Source: Propionibacterium freudenreichii subsp. freudenreichii
GTDB lineage: Bacteria > Actinomycetota > Actinomycetes > Propionibacteriales > Propionibacteriaceae
NCBI RefSeq assembly: GCF_000940845.1
Contig: NZ_CP010341.1
Span: forward strand, 1,080,001-1,112,000
Reading direction: 5' to 3'
Length of the DNA: 32,000 bases
Positions 1 through 11,642 of this stretch are shown piece after piece. The stretch's first letter is position 1. The number at the start of each line of letters is the position of its first letter. The notes beneath the pieces are model-generated. The model was not told where the DNA came from. It saw only the letters and a list, made by a program, of their open reading frames with translations, and ran no database searches. Both the position numbers and the translations under genes were made by a program.

Positions 1-428
1 CCCGGGGTGGACGCCACGATCTCGGCTGCGCGCGCCCCGGCCGCCGGCATGCCGCCCTTTCCGGGGGTGAGGACGATCTCGGCACCCAGGGCCTCGATGA
101 GCGCGCGGCGCTCAATGGACTGGTCGTCAGGCACCACGATGATCACGCGGTAGCCGAGCACCCCGCCCAGCCAGGCCAGCGAGATGCCGGTATTTCCGCT
201 GGTCGCCTCGACGATCGTGCCGCCCTTGGCCAACCGGGCATCGCGTTCGGCGGCACGCACCATGGACAGGGCGGTGCGGTCCTTCACCGACGATGAGGGG
301 TTGAAGAACTACAGCTTCGCCAGGACTGTCCCGTATCCCGATTCGAACTGGGGCAGATGCAGTAGCGGCGTATCACCCACCAACTCGGTGAGATCTTCGG
401 TGATGCCGGGATACACGTGACCTGCCAT
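1..428 (-). pseudogene. cysK: Cysteine synthase (CysK/CysM family, PLP-dependent), 5' part running off the left edge; interrupted by an in-frame TAG at 309..311
   Basis: Minus-strand ATG at 428..426 with AGGAAA just upstream. Translation gives MAGHVYPGITEDLTELVGDTPLLHLPQFESGYGTVLAKL, then TAG. The same frame continues [46 protein letters not shown]...IVLTPG to position 1. The SVKDR PLP-lysine motif and TSGNTG loop are family hallmarks. Confidence 0.8.
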
Positions 429-535
429 GGATTTCCTATCGCTTGATCGATGATCCCCTGCGGGAGGACATGCAGGGAGAAGAGCTTGTGGCAACCCCTC
501 AATGGGTTGCGTGACCGATCAACGACAGCAGGGCG

Positions 536-563
536 CAACGGCCGACATCACAACGGCCGACAT
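536..563. repeat. Tandem direct repeat CAACGGCCGACAT x2 with a 15-nt period, in the cysK/GST intergenic region
   Basis: Copies read directly at 536-548 and 551-563. Each copy can pair with GTCGGC at 568-573, giving alternative hairpins. Confidence 0.7.
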
Positions 564-919
564 GAGGTCGGCACGGGGGCCGGCCTTCATGGCAAGGACC
601 ATCAACTGCTGCATGGCGCTCACGATAACACCGCAGGGAAAGGGCTTGTCGCAGCGCCATCTGGCAGGATTTCGCTGCTGGAGGATGGTGTTGGACAGCT
701 TGCCCGGGGCGGGGTGCGAGCGCCTATGCTCTGGTTCGTGAGCCTTCAACTAGTCGTGCGCCCGCACATCGACCTGGTGCGCACTGACAGTTGTCTGTGT
801 TGTTGAGCGCCTGAGGCCGCCGTCCGGATGGCATCAGGCAGAGCCGGTGGACGCAACGCGTCCGACCGAAGGCCCCCGGGCCCCACCGGTGGGTAACCAC
901 ACACCCCGAAGAGAAGCTC

Positions 920-2035
920 ATGTCAACCAAGTCCACGACCGTCGGCTTCCAGCTCGCAGCGCCGGAAGCCTCACATATCGCCACGTCCGAGAACGCACAC
1001 GAGATCGGCGCCCACGGGGAATTCTCCCGTCAGGACAATGCCTTCACCACGCCCTTCGGGGACGGCCCCGGGCAATTGCCGGTGGAGGCGGGGCGCTACC
1101 GACTGATCGTCGCCAGGATCTGCCCCTGGGCGCATCGCCAGCTGATCACCCGGGAAGTGCTCGGGCTCACCGACGCCATCAGCGTGGGGGTGACGGCACC
1201 TGTCCGCACCGACAACGGCTGGCGCTTCAGCCTCGACCCCGGCGACAAGGACCCCGTGCTGGGCATCGAGTACCTCAACGAGGCCTATCTGGCCGCCGAT
1301 CCCGGCTATGACCGTCGCGGCACCGTGCCGGCAGTGGTCGATGTCACCACCGGCAAGGTCGTGCAGAACGACTACCACCGACTGTCCAACTACTGGGAAG
1401 TGGCGTGGCGCCGGCTGCAGCCGGACGATGCCCCCGACCTGTACCCCAGCTCCCTGCGCCCGGCGATCGACGAGATGAGTCGCCTCAACTTCCACGCCGT
1501 GAACAACGGCGTCTACAAGGCCGGCTTCGCCCACACCCAGGAGGCCTATGAGCAGGCCTTCGATGCACTGTTCGCCCGGCTGGACGCGCTCGAGCAATTG
1601 CTGGGCCAGCAGCGTTTTCTGCTCGGGGAGCACATCACCGACTCCGACGTGAGGCTCTTCCCCACCTTGGTGCGCTTCGACACCGCCTACTACGTGGCCT
1701 TCAGGACCAATCGCAATCGGCTGATCGACTTCCCGAACCTGTGGAACTACGCACGCGAGCTCTACGCGCTGCCCGGGTGGGGATCCACCACCGACTTCCA
1801 GGCGATCAAGCTGGGCTATTTCGGCTCGACGAATGTCACCGGGGCCGCCAGGGTCATCATCCCCAAGGGCCCCGACCTGTCGGGCTGGGACCAGGCCAGT
1901 ACGCGGGCCGAGCAGTTCGGCGATGGCGACGTCTACCTGCGCCACGGAGGCCGTCCCCGCAACCCGCTGGCCCGTGTCACCGTGATGTCGCGTCGCGGTG
2001 AGGCCACCGGAACCTCCATGCCCCTGAATTCCTGA
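920..2035 (+). CDS. yqjG: Glutathionyl-hydroquinone reductase, Xi-class glutathione S-transferase (YqjG/ECM4 family)
   Basis: 371-aa ORF with the diagnostic CPWAHR active-site motif (RLIVARICPWAHRQLITREVLGL). The C-terminal GST fold region contains FLLGEHITDSDVRLFPTLVRFD. Confidence 0.8.
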   Translation: MSTKSTTVGFQLAAPEASHIATSENAHEIGAHGEFSRQDNAFTTPFGDGPGQLPVEAGRYRLIVARICPWAHRQLITREVLGLTDAISVGVTAPVRTDNGWRFSLDPGDKDPVLGIEYLNEAYLAADPGYDRRGTVPAVVDVTTGKVVQNDYHRLSNYWEVAWRRLQPDDAPDLYPSSLRPAIDEMSRLNFHAVNNGVYKAGFAHTQEAYEQAFDALFARLDALEQLLGQQRFLLGEHITDSDVRLFPTLVRFDTAYYVAFRTNRNRLIDFPNLWNYARELYALPGWGSTTDFQAIKLGYFGSTNVTGAARVIIPKGPDLSGWDQASTRAEQFGDGDVYLRHGGRPRNPLARVTVMSRRGEATGTSMPLNS

Positions 2036-2055
2036 CGAACCCACCAAGGACCACC

Positions 2056-3486
2056 ATGACCGCCACCACCCGCATCACTCCCGAACCGGATTCCCAACCC
2101 GGGGACATCAACAGGCAGGGCCAGTTCACCGATGGCCCCAGTCACCATCGACGCAGCCTGGCCGGGGCCGTGACCGGCAGCACATTGGAAGTCTTCGACT
2201 TCACGATCTACAACACCTTCGCCCCCTTCTTCGCGGCGTCCTTCTTCGCAGCCGGAAATGCAACCACTGCCTTCCTGCAGTCGCTCATCGTGCTCGCGGT
2301 CGGCTTCATCGCCCGGCCCCTCGGCTCGCTGTTCTTCGGGCACCTTTCCGACACCCGGGGACGCCGCATCTCGCTGTATGCGACCAGCGCGACGGCCCTG
2401 ACCGGCACCCTGCTGATCGCCATTTCCCCCGGGCACAACCTGTTGGGCATCGGTGCCGCCATCGTGCTGATCGTGGCGCGTGTCCTCCAGGGCTTCGCCC
2501 ACGGTGGTGAACAGCCCGCAGCCGGCGCCTATGTCTCAGAGGTCGCCAAGCCCTCGAATCGCGGTCGCTGGTCCTCGGTGGTCTACATGTCCATCCTGGG
2601 CGGTGGCGTCTTGGGCTCACTGCTGGGCGCCGTGCTGTCCAGCTGGCTCGGCGTGCCCACCCTCAAGGCCTGGGCCTGGCGCCTGCCCTTCTTCGTGGGT
2701 GCGATCGGTTCCATCTCGGCCCTGGTGATGATCCACCGGATGCCGGAGACCAGGGTCTTCACCCGGGAGAAGGAGAAGGTCAGGGCGCAGCACTCAGGGC
2801 CGGGCCTGGCCGCCCAGATGTGGGCCGCCCGCCGATCAGCCCTCCAGATCATCGGCCTGACCCTCGGGCTCACCATCGCCTTCCAGAACTGGGCAGCGAT
2901 CGGAAGCTACCACATCGCGATCCTCAAGGCGAACGCCTCACATGTGCTGTGGATCGCGGTCGCGGTGCAACTGGTCGCCATTCCCGTGGTCGGATTGTGG
3001 GGCCGCATCTCCGACCGCATCGGCCGCAAGCCGGTGGTGCTCATCGGTTTCATCGGCCTGGCCGTCACCACCTATCCGTTCATGCGCTTCCTGGACGGCT
3101 CCGCCGCGCGAATGGCACTCACGATGGGCGTCTCGTACTTCTTCCTCGCCGCGCCGCTGTCGGTGACCCCCGCGTTGATGGCCGAATTGGTTCCCACCCG
3201 CATTCGCACCCTGGGTGTCGGCTTCCCCTACGCACTGGCCACGGCCATCTTCGGTGGCACGGTGCCCATGCTCCAGAGCTGGATCTACACGGCCTTCAGC
3301 CATACGGCATTCGGAATCTACGTGACGGCGGCGTTGGTGGTGTCGATCGTGGTCACCCTGACGATTCCCGAGACCCGTGGCCTGGACCTGGGCGACGATG
3401 AGGCGGTGGAGCGGCTCAACCGGATCACCCCGTCCGCGACGGGAGCAGGCGCTCCCGTCGCGGGAGGCCCGCGCACCCTCGACTGA
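2056..3486 (+). CDS. MFS transporter, metabolite:H+ symporter (MHS) family (ProP/KgtP-like)
   Basis: 476-aa ORF of about 12 hydrophobic segments. It carries the MHS N-terminal signature GSTLEVFDFTIYNTFAPFF and the MFS loop motif GHLSDTRGRR. AAGGA sits upstream of the ATG. Confidence 0.8.
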   Translation: MTATTRITPEPDSQPGDINRQGQFTDGPSHHRRSLAGAVTGSTLEVFDFTIYNTFAPFFAASFFAAGNATTAFLQSLIVLAVGFIARPLGSLFFGHLSDTRGRRISLYATSATALTGTLLIAISPGHNLLGIGAAIVLIVARVLQGFAHGGEQPAAGAYVSEVAKPSNRGRWSSVVYMSILGGGVLGSLLGAVLSSWLGVPTLKAWAWRLPFFVGAIGSISALVMIHRMPETRVFTREKEKVRAQHSGPGLAAQMWAARRSALQIIGLTLGLTIAFQNWAAIGSYHIAILKANASHVLWIAVAVQLVAIPVVGLWGRISDRIGRKPVVLIGFIGLAVTTYPFMRFLDGSAARMALTMGVSYFFLAAPLSVTPALMAELVPTRIRTLGVGFPYALATAIFGGTVPMLQSWIYTAFSHTAFGIYVTAALVVSIVVTLTIPETRGLDLGDDEAVERLNRITPSATGAGAPVAGGPRTLD

Positions 3487-3501
3487 CCGCCGTTGGACCA
3501 C

Positions 3502-3545
3502 CACGATGTCCCGGTCGGGGAACGTTTCCCGGCCGGGACATCGTG
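3502..3545 (+). terminator. Intrinsic-type hairpin downstream of the MFS gene
   Basis: Perfect 13-bp arms CACGATGTCCCGG (3502-3514) and CCGGGACATCGTG (3533-3545), 16 nt after the stop codon. There is no strong U-tract, which is common in Actinobacteria. Confidence 0.5.
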
Positions 3546-3739
3546 TGCGTCAGGGTGTTGCCATATTGGGCGCCGGGCACTACGCCCTTGGCGTGACCGG
3601 CGCCCATTGGTGGTGGGCCGGCGATACGATCGCGACGTCAAGGGAGTGCTCGTGACGCAGCGAAGCCGTCGTCCTCCAACGTCGGTGGCCACCCGGCTCG
3701 GTTCGCGCAAGCGCAGCACGAATGATCAGGAGGAACTGG

Positions 3740-6412
<2,673 letters not shown>

Positions 6413-6431
6413 TCCACCGTCAGCACTGGTC

Positions 6432-6478
6432 CACAGCGCCCTGCAGATCGGCCCCATGGGTCGTCGCAGGGCGCTGTG
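6432..6478 (+). terminator. Hairpin terminator downstream of acn
   Basis: Perfect 13-bp arms CACAGCGCCCTGC (6432-6444) and GCAGGGCGCTGTG (6466-6478) with an inner CGGCCC/GGGTCG sub-stem, followed by TCCTCTTGTG. Confidence 0.55.
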
Positions 6479-6523
6479 TCCTCTTGTGCCGGCCATTATC
6501 AACAACCATCAGATGGGGAACCC

Positions 6524-6826
6524 ATGTCCTTGAACAGGGATGAGACTGCCGCAACCCGTGCCGAGCTGCAGGCGAACTTCAGGCTCTCGGGAGTCACATT
6601 GGAGGAGGCGGCGCATGACCTGGGCACCACGCCCGCACACGTGCAGGAGGTGCTGGACCTTGAGCCGGTGCGGATCGAGGAGCCGTGGGTCCTGCGTGAC
6701 TACCTGGTGCGCGTCCTGCGGGCCGGCAATCGCGAACCGCAGCCCTTCAGCAAATTGGTGGGGGATCCGCGACAGCACTGGTTCCTGGATGCCGGCTTCA
6801 TCGAGGCCGGCAGGCTCGTCGCCTGA
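6524..6826 (+). CDS. DUF2316 family protein (small HTH-like protein)
   Basis: MSLNRDETAATRAELQANFRLSGVTLEEAAHDLGTTPAHVQEVL...QHWFL resembles DUF2316 proteins as I recall them. ATG 6524 is chosen because the longer start at 6476 lies inside the acn terminator hairpin. Confidence 0.55.
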   Translation: MSLNRDETAATRAELQANFRLSGVTLEEAAHDLGTTPAHVQEVLDLEPVRIEEPWVLRDYLVRVLRAGNREPQPFSKLVGDPRQHWFLDAGFIEAGRLVA

Positions 6827-6864
6827 GCGCGTCTGCCGGGTCATCGCTGGCTGAAGGGTCATTT

Positions 6865-7506
6865 TTGTCAGTGCCGACATCCATACTGGATGAATCGAAC
6901 AAAAGTTCGATCGGTATCCGGTTGTGCCGCCTCATGGATCCCCTCCCGGGGGAGTCGGGGCGGTCGGACGAAGGAATGGTGAGAGCGATGTCGGTGGCGT
7001 TCAAGCAGTATCGCGGGGCGGACAGGCGCGCATGGGGAATCTCCGATTCCGCGCATGCGGGTGGATCGGTGCGTGCCCTGCCCGGTACCCATGCGCAGGG
7101 CGATGCGGATCCCGATGGTCGGCCACATCGTGACGGGACGGCGTTGTGCGTGCCCTCGGGATGGCCCGAATCGGTGTCCGCACCCGGGACGCAGCGCATG
7201 GAATCCGACGCGGTGGGTTTCCTGCTGGACTGCTGCCCGCCGGACTACCGGGCATATCCCCTCCTGCGCAGGGAGCCCGTGGTGCTGGCCCGGTTCGCCG
7301 CTGACCAGGTCGAGGGACAGCTTCGTTCCACGCGAAAGGCCCTGTCTCAGGCACGAGTGGGGCTGGGCGAGGTCGTGGGCCCCGAAGTGCTCGACGGGGC
7401 AGTGAGCATGCTCGAGTCGGAGGAATCGCGGCTGATCCGGCTGCGCCGGGCGGTTGCGCTCGTGGAGGAAGCCCTGCGGGGGAAGGTCTTCATGCGCAAG
7501 CTGTAG
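6865..7506 (+). CDS. Hypothetical protein; start uncertain (alternatives 6934, 6976/6979, 6988, 7199)
   Basis: Only long ORF with high third-position GC between DUF2316 and dxs. The C-terminal 100 aa (MESDAVGFLLDCCPPDYRAYPLLRREPVVLARF...) look most protein-like. No family recognised. Confidence 0.4.
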   Translation: MSVPTSILDESNKSSIGIRLCRLMDPLPGESGRSDEGMVRAMSVAFKQYRGADRRAWGISDSAHAGGSVRALPGTHAQGDADPDGRPHRDGTALCVPSGWPESVSAPGTQRMESDAVGFLLDCCPPDYRAYPLLRREPVVLARFAADQVEGQLRSTRKALSQARVGLGEVVGPEVLDGAVSMLESEESRLIRLRRAVALVEEALRGKVFMRKL

Positions 7507-7592
7507 GCCATGGACCCAAGGATGATCATGACCCTGCCCGCCGGGCCCGTGGCGTGATGGACGCCGCGTCGCCCAGCCCTAGAATGGCCGGC

Positions 7593-9572
7593 ATGGGACT
7601 GTTGGACGGGATAAGTGAGCCCGCGGATCTTCGCAAGCTCTCGCACAAGGAATTGGTGCAGTTGGCCAAGGAGATCCGGCAGTTCCTGATCACCAACGTC
7701 GCCCGCACCGGTGGGCACCTGGGGCCGAACCTGGGGGTGGTCGAACTCACCATGGCCATTCACCTGGTCTTCGATTCCCCCCGCGATCCCATCGTGTTCG
7801 ATACCGGGCACCAGAGCTATGTGCACAAGATCCTCACCGGGCGTGCCGGTGGGTTCCCGGGCCTGCGACAGCGCGGTGGGCTGTCCGGCTACCCGAGTCG
7901 TGCCGAATCCGAGCACGACTGGATGGAGAACTCCCATGCGTCCACCGGGCTGAGCTGGGGCGAGGGCATGGCCAAGGCATTCCGGCTCCGGGGTGAGACC
8001 GATCGCACCGTGGTCACCATCGTGGGTGATGGGGCCCTCACCGGGGGAATGACCTGGGAGGCGCTGAACAACATTGCCGTGGAGTCAGACCTCCCGATGG
8101 TGATCGTGGTCAACGACAATGGGCGCTCCTATGCGCCGACGGTGGGTGGCCTGTCGAAGCAGTTGTCCGGGCTGCGCACCGATCCGCGTTACGAGAAGAC
8201 ACTGGATGTCATCAAGCTCGCGGTCAACAAGGCCCCCTTGTTCGGCAAGCAGGCCTATGAGCTGCTGCACGGGCTGAAGATCGGGTTGAAGGATGTGCTC
8301 GCCCCACAGGGGCTCTTCAGCGACCTGGGGCTGAAGTACATTGGCCCGGTCGATGGCCACGACCTCCAGGCACTGACGACGGCGCTGCGGCAGGCGAAGG
8401 GCTTCGGCGGCCCGGTCATCGTCCACGCGATCACCGTCAAGGGCAAGGGCTTCCCCTTTGCGGAGCACCACGAGCGGGATCGCTTCCATGCGATCGGACG
8501 CATCAATGAGTTCACCGGTGAACCACTGACCCCCTCGGTGCAGGCCACCTGGACCGACGCCTTCGGCCAGGAGATGGTGGACCTCGGTGAGACCCACCCG
8601 GAGGTGGTGGCCATCACGGCCGCCATGCTGCATCCGGTGGGCCTGGGGCGCTTCGCGGCCGCCTATCCCGATCGCGTCTTCGACGTCGGTATTGCCGAGC
8701 AGCATGCGGTCGCCTCCGCGGCGGGCATGGCCAGGGCTGGACTGCACCCCGTGTTCGCCGTCTATTCGACGTTCCTGAACCGGGCCTTCGATCAGCTGTT
8801 GCTCGATGTGGGCATGCACCACATGGGGGTCACCTTCGTCCTCGACCGTGCCGGGGTGACCGGTCCGGACGGCCCCAGCCACGATGGCGTCTGGGACACC
8901 TCGCTGACGGGCATCGTCCCGGGCCTGCGCTTGGCTGCGCCCCGTGATGCGGAACGCTTGCATGACGCCCTGCACGAGGCGCTGGAGGTCAACGACGCCC
9001 CGACCGTCATCCGCTATTCCAAGGACAAGTTGCCCGACCCGATCCCGGCCGAACGTCATGTGGGGGGCGTGGACGTCCTGCGCCATGCGGAACGCCATGA
9101 TGTGCTGGTCATCGGCTACGGGCAGATGGCCGGAACCGCCCTCCAGGTGGCTGATCGCCTGACCAAGCAGGGGTTGGGCGTCAGTGTCATTGACCCGTTG
9201 TGGGCCCTGCCGGTGCCACCTGCCCTGGTGCGGCTGGCGGCGGACTATTCGCTCGTGGTCACGATCGAGGACGGCATGGTGGTCGGGGGACTGGGCTCAC
9301 GGGTCGAGCTGGCGCTCGATGCCGAGGGCGTCGACGTGCCGGTGCGCGAGTTCGGCATCCCGCAGGAGTTCCTGCCCATGGCGACGCGAGCCGAATTGAT
9401 GGAGCAGCTCGGGCTGACCCCGCGCCAGATCGCCCGCGATGTCACGGAGTTGGCCATGTCGGTGATGCCGCATGTTGAGTTCGACCTCGATGACCTTGAT
9501 GACCTCGGGACCCAGGACGCGGATCCGGCGGGCCATGCCCGCCCGGGCAAGCCGGTGCGCCGCCGCTCCTGA
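7593..9572 (+). CDS. dxs: 1-deoxy-D-xylulose-5-phosphate synthase
   Basis: The N-terminus is MGLLDGISEPADLRKLSHKEL. It also has GGHLGPNLGVVELT, the TPP motif IVGDGALTGGMTWEALNN and HQSYVHKILTGR. The start could also be ATG 7584. Confidence 0.95.
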   Translation: MGLLDGISEPADLRKLSHKELVQLAKEIRQFLITNVARTGGHLGPNLGVVELTMAIHLVFDSPRDPIVFDTGHQSYVHKILTGRAGGFPGLRQRGGLSGYPSRAESEHDWMENSHASTGLSWGEGMAKAFRLRGETDRTVVTIVGDGALTGGMTWEALNNIAVESDLPMVIVVNDNGRSYAPTVGGLSKQLSGLRTDPRYEKTLDVIKLAVNKAPLFGKQAYELLHGLKIGLKDVLAPQGLFSDLGLKYIGPVDGHDLQALTTALRQAKGFGGPVIVHAITVKGKGFPFAEHHERDRFHAIGRINEFTGEPLTPSVQATWTDAFGQEMVDLGETHPEVVAITAAMLHPVGLGRFAAAYPDRVFDVGIAEQHAVASAAGMARAGLHPVFAVYSTFLNRAFDQLLLDVGMHHMGVTFVLDRAGVTGPDGPSHDGVWDTSLTGIVPGLRLAAPRDAERLHDALHEALEVNDAPTVIRYSKDKLPDPIPAERHVGGVDVLRHAERHDVLVIGYGQMAGTALQVADRLTKQGLGVSVIDPLWALPVPPALVRLAADYSLVVTIEDGMVVGGLGSRVELALDAEGVDVPVREFGIPQEFLPMATRAELMEQLGLTPRQIARDVTELAMSVMPHVEFDLDDLDDLGTQDADPAGHARPGKPVRRRS

Positions 9573-9623
9573 GCGCACAGCGCTGGCCGGCAGCCACGGA
9601 CAAGCCGGACCCCGGCCGCGGGG

Positions 9624-10961
9624 CTATGCGCTGCTGCCGTCACCCGGGCCGGGTACCGCGGCCAGCAGCTCGGCGAACCGCGCTGCCAACAGGTCCTGCT
9701 GCCAATGCCGCACGCCGTGCTCGGAGAGCCGCGCGCGGACGGCCTGCTCGTTGATCTGCGGCAGTGGCTTCCAGACCAGCCAGCGCAGCGCTTCGGGCTG
9801 GATCAGGTTCTCCGGTGGCATTCCGATCTGCTCGGCGATTTCATTCGCCGCGGGACGCACCACCTGCCAACGGGCCCAGGCCTCCGGGTGGGTCCGCTGC
9901 CATGAATGCGCCTGGTGGGGCGGCCCCTCATGGGGCACCCGCATGGGCGGCAGTTGCTTGGCGGACAGCTGGCCGACCTGCTGTGACGCCGCGACCCACC
10001 GGTCGCGGTAGCGCTTTGCATAGGTGCGTCGAAAGCCCATGATCTTGTTCATGTCGCGGGCCGTCGGCATCTTCTCCGAGTCCTTGGTCACCTCGGAGGC
10101 GAGTTCGCTGATGGCCTTGTCGGGCACGATCTTTCCCGGTGCCTTGTCCAGTTCGCGGGCAATCTCATCGCGCTGCTCCCACAGGGCGCGCACCAATGCC
10201 AGTCCGCGACGTGAGCGGACATGATGACTGCCGCTGGTGTGCCGCCAGGGATCGCCGGGACGCTGCTGGGGGTGCCGGTAGACATCCACCAGGTGGGCGA
10301 ACTCCTCGTCGGCCCATTCCTTCTTCCCGGCCGCCACGAGCTCATCGGCCACGAGGTTGCGCAACTCGATGAGCAGCTCCACGTCCAGTGCCGCATAGGC
10401 AATCCAGTCGGGGGGCAGCGGACGCCGCGACCAGTCGGCGGCGGAATGCTCCTTGAGGAGGTGCACCCCGAAATGCTGTTCGATCATGGTGCCCAGGCTC
10501 ACGCGCGGGAAACCGAGGAGCCGCCCGGCCAGCTCGGTGTCGAACAGCCGGCTGGGATACAGCCCGATCTCCACCAGGCAGGGGAGGTCCTGGGTGGCGG
10601 CATGGATGATCCATTCGGCCGATGCGATCGCCTCCCTGAGCGCAGAGAAATCGGCGAGGCTCCCGTCGGAGGGCTGGAAGGCCTGCGGATCGATCAGCCA
10701 GGTGCCCGAGTCGGTGCGACGGAATTGCAGGAGATAGGCCCGGGCCGTGTACCGGAAGCTCTGGGCGCGTTCCGTGTCGATGGCCACCGGACCGGTACCG
10801 GAGGCGAGCGCCTCGATGCAGCGCGTCAGTGCCTCGGGGGAGTCAACCAACTCGGGGAGTCCCTCATGGGGCATGGCAAGGATGGGCATGCCGGTGTCCT
10901 GATCGATTTGTCCTGAACGGGCAATATCGGGCGTGGTCGAGCCTGAATCCTGGTGGCTCAT
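9624..10961 (-). CDS. rnd: Ribonuclease D (DEDD 3'-5' exonuclease plus HRDC domain)
   Basis: Contains VAIDTERAQSFRY, IIHAATQDLPCL and YAALDVELL exonuclease motifs with an HRDC-like C-terminus. The start is set at ATG 10961 (MSHQDS), which forms an ATGA overlap with the upstream DUF3000 stop. The track start at 11039 would overlap that gene by 80 nt. Confidence 0.85.
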   Translation of the reverse strand: MSHQDSGSTTPDIARSGQIDQDTGMPILAMPHEGLPELVDSPEALTRCIEALASGTGPVAIDTERAQSFRYTARAYLLQFRRTDSGTWLIDPQAFQPSDGSLADFSALREAIASAEWIIHAATQDLPCLVEIGLYPSRLFDTELAGRLLGFPRVSLGTMIEQHFGVHLLKEHSAADWSRRPLPPDWIAYAALDVELLIELRNLVADELVAAGKKEWADEEFAHLVDVYRHPQQRPGDPWRHTSGSHHVRSRRGLALVRALWEQRDEIARELDKAPGKIVPDKAISELASEVTKDSEKMPTARDMNKIMGFRRTYAKRYRDRWVAASQQVGQLSAKQLPPMRVPHEGPPHQAHSWQRTHPEAWARWQVVRPAANEIAEQIGMPPENLIQPEALRWLVWKPLPQINEQAVRARLSEHGVRHWQQDLLAARFAELLAAVPGPGDGSSA

Positions 10962-11557
10962 CTGCTGTGTACTCGTCCCATCTGGTTGGTCAACGGGATC
11001 ACGCCCTCCGGCAGGGGTGGCATACCCGCTGCCTGGCACATCAACTGTTGCCAGGCGGCAAGATGTGGCGTGATATCGCTGGAATTGTCGATCAGTGGAG
11101 TCCAGCTGGCGCGGATCTCCACCTCAGCCTGATCGGGCTGGTTGTCCATATTGCCGAACGACCTGCTTGATACGGTTGTCACCGTACCTGCGGGTGCTGT
11201 GTACGCAGCAGCGTGCTGGTCCAGTGCCTCACGCAGCCAGCTCCACCCGACCTCGCCGATCAGGGGATCGGTGACAATCTCAAGGTCAGTATCGGCCCGC
11301 ACATAGCTGACGAGCCGGAAGAAACCGTTCCAGGCGTCATTGAAATCGGGATCGTGCAACAACACGAGTCGGCCCGCGCCGAGCTGATTCGTCTCGGATC
11401 CCAGGTCAGCCTCAATGGCGAGGCTGAATGGGGCAAGCCCCCGTGGAGACCCGATTTCCTCGATGAGCACGTCGGGACGCCATCGAAAAGCTCTCATGTC
11501 GTCGACGATGCGGGCAAAGAATTCCGCAGCAGGACTGCCTGGAAGCTCTGGCGCCAT
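10958..11557 (-). CDS. DUF3000 domain protein
   Basis: The 199-aa ORF begins MAPELPGSPAAEFFARIVDDMRAFRWRPDVLIEEIGSPRGLAPFSLAIEADL. It sits directly upstream of rnd and convergent with dxs, as with Rv2680-Rv2681 in M. tuberculosis. Confidence 0.75.
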   Translation of the reverse strand: MAPELPGSPAAEFFARIVDDMRAFRWRPDVLIEEIGSPRGLAPFSLAIEADLGSETNQLGAGRLVLLHDPDFNDAWNGFFRLVSYVRADTDLEIVTDPLIGEVGWSWLREALDQHAAAYTAPAGTVTTVSSRSFGNMDNQPDQAEVEIRASWTPLIDNSSDITPHLAAWQQLMCQAAGMPPLPEGVIPLTNQMGRVHSR

Positions 11558-11642
11558 GGCTTGAGCCTAGGGGGAGCTCCATCGGCGGCTGCGGTGCCAC
11601 GCCGTGGCGTCACCAGCTGATATCCGTGATCGCCCCGGGCGC

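Noticed and set aside
309-311. Amber codon in cysK as a recoded (pyrrolysine or suppressed) position
   Set aside because: Family members have an ordinary Glu at this position. No pyl genes or suppressor tRNA are visible in the window. A point mutation or sequencing error is far more parsimonious.
536-563. Short tandem repeats (here and at 17188-17223) as CRISPR-like or minisatellite arrays
   Set aside because: Each has only two copies with no spacers, and no cas genes are present. They are better explained as slippage duplications within hairpin-forming regulatory regions.
520-660. SAM-IV riboswitch upstream of cysK (minus strand)
   Set aside because: Only a loose resemblance to the 5' half (GUGAGCGCC...GGCCGGCC). 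The conserved CCGGCAACC core and the 3' pseudoknot partners were not found by eye. It is retained only as part of a generic structured-leader finding.
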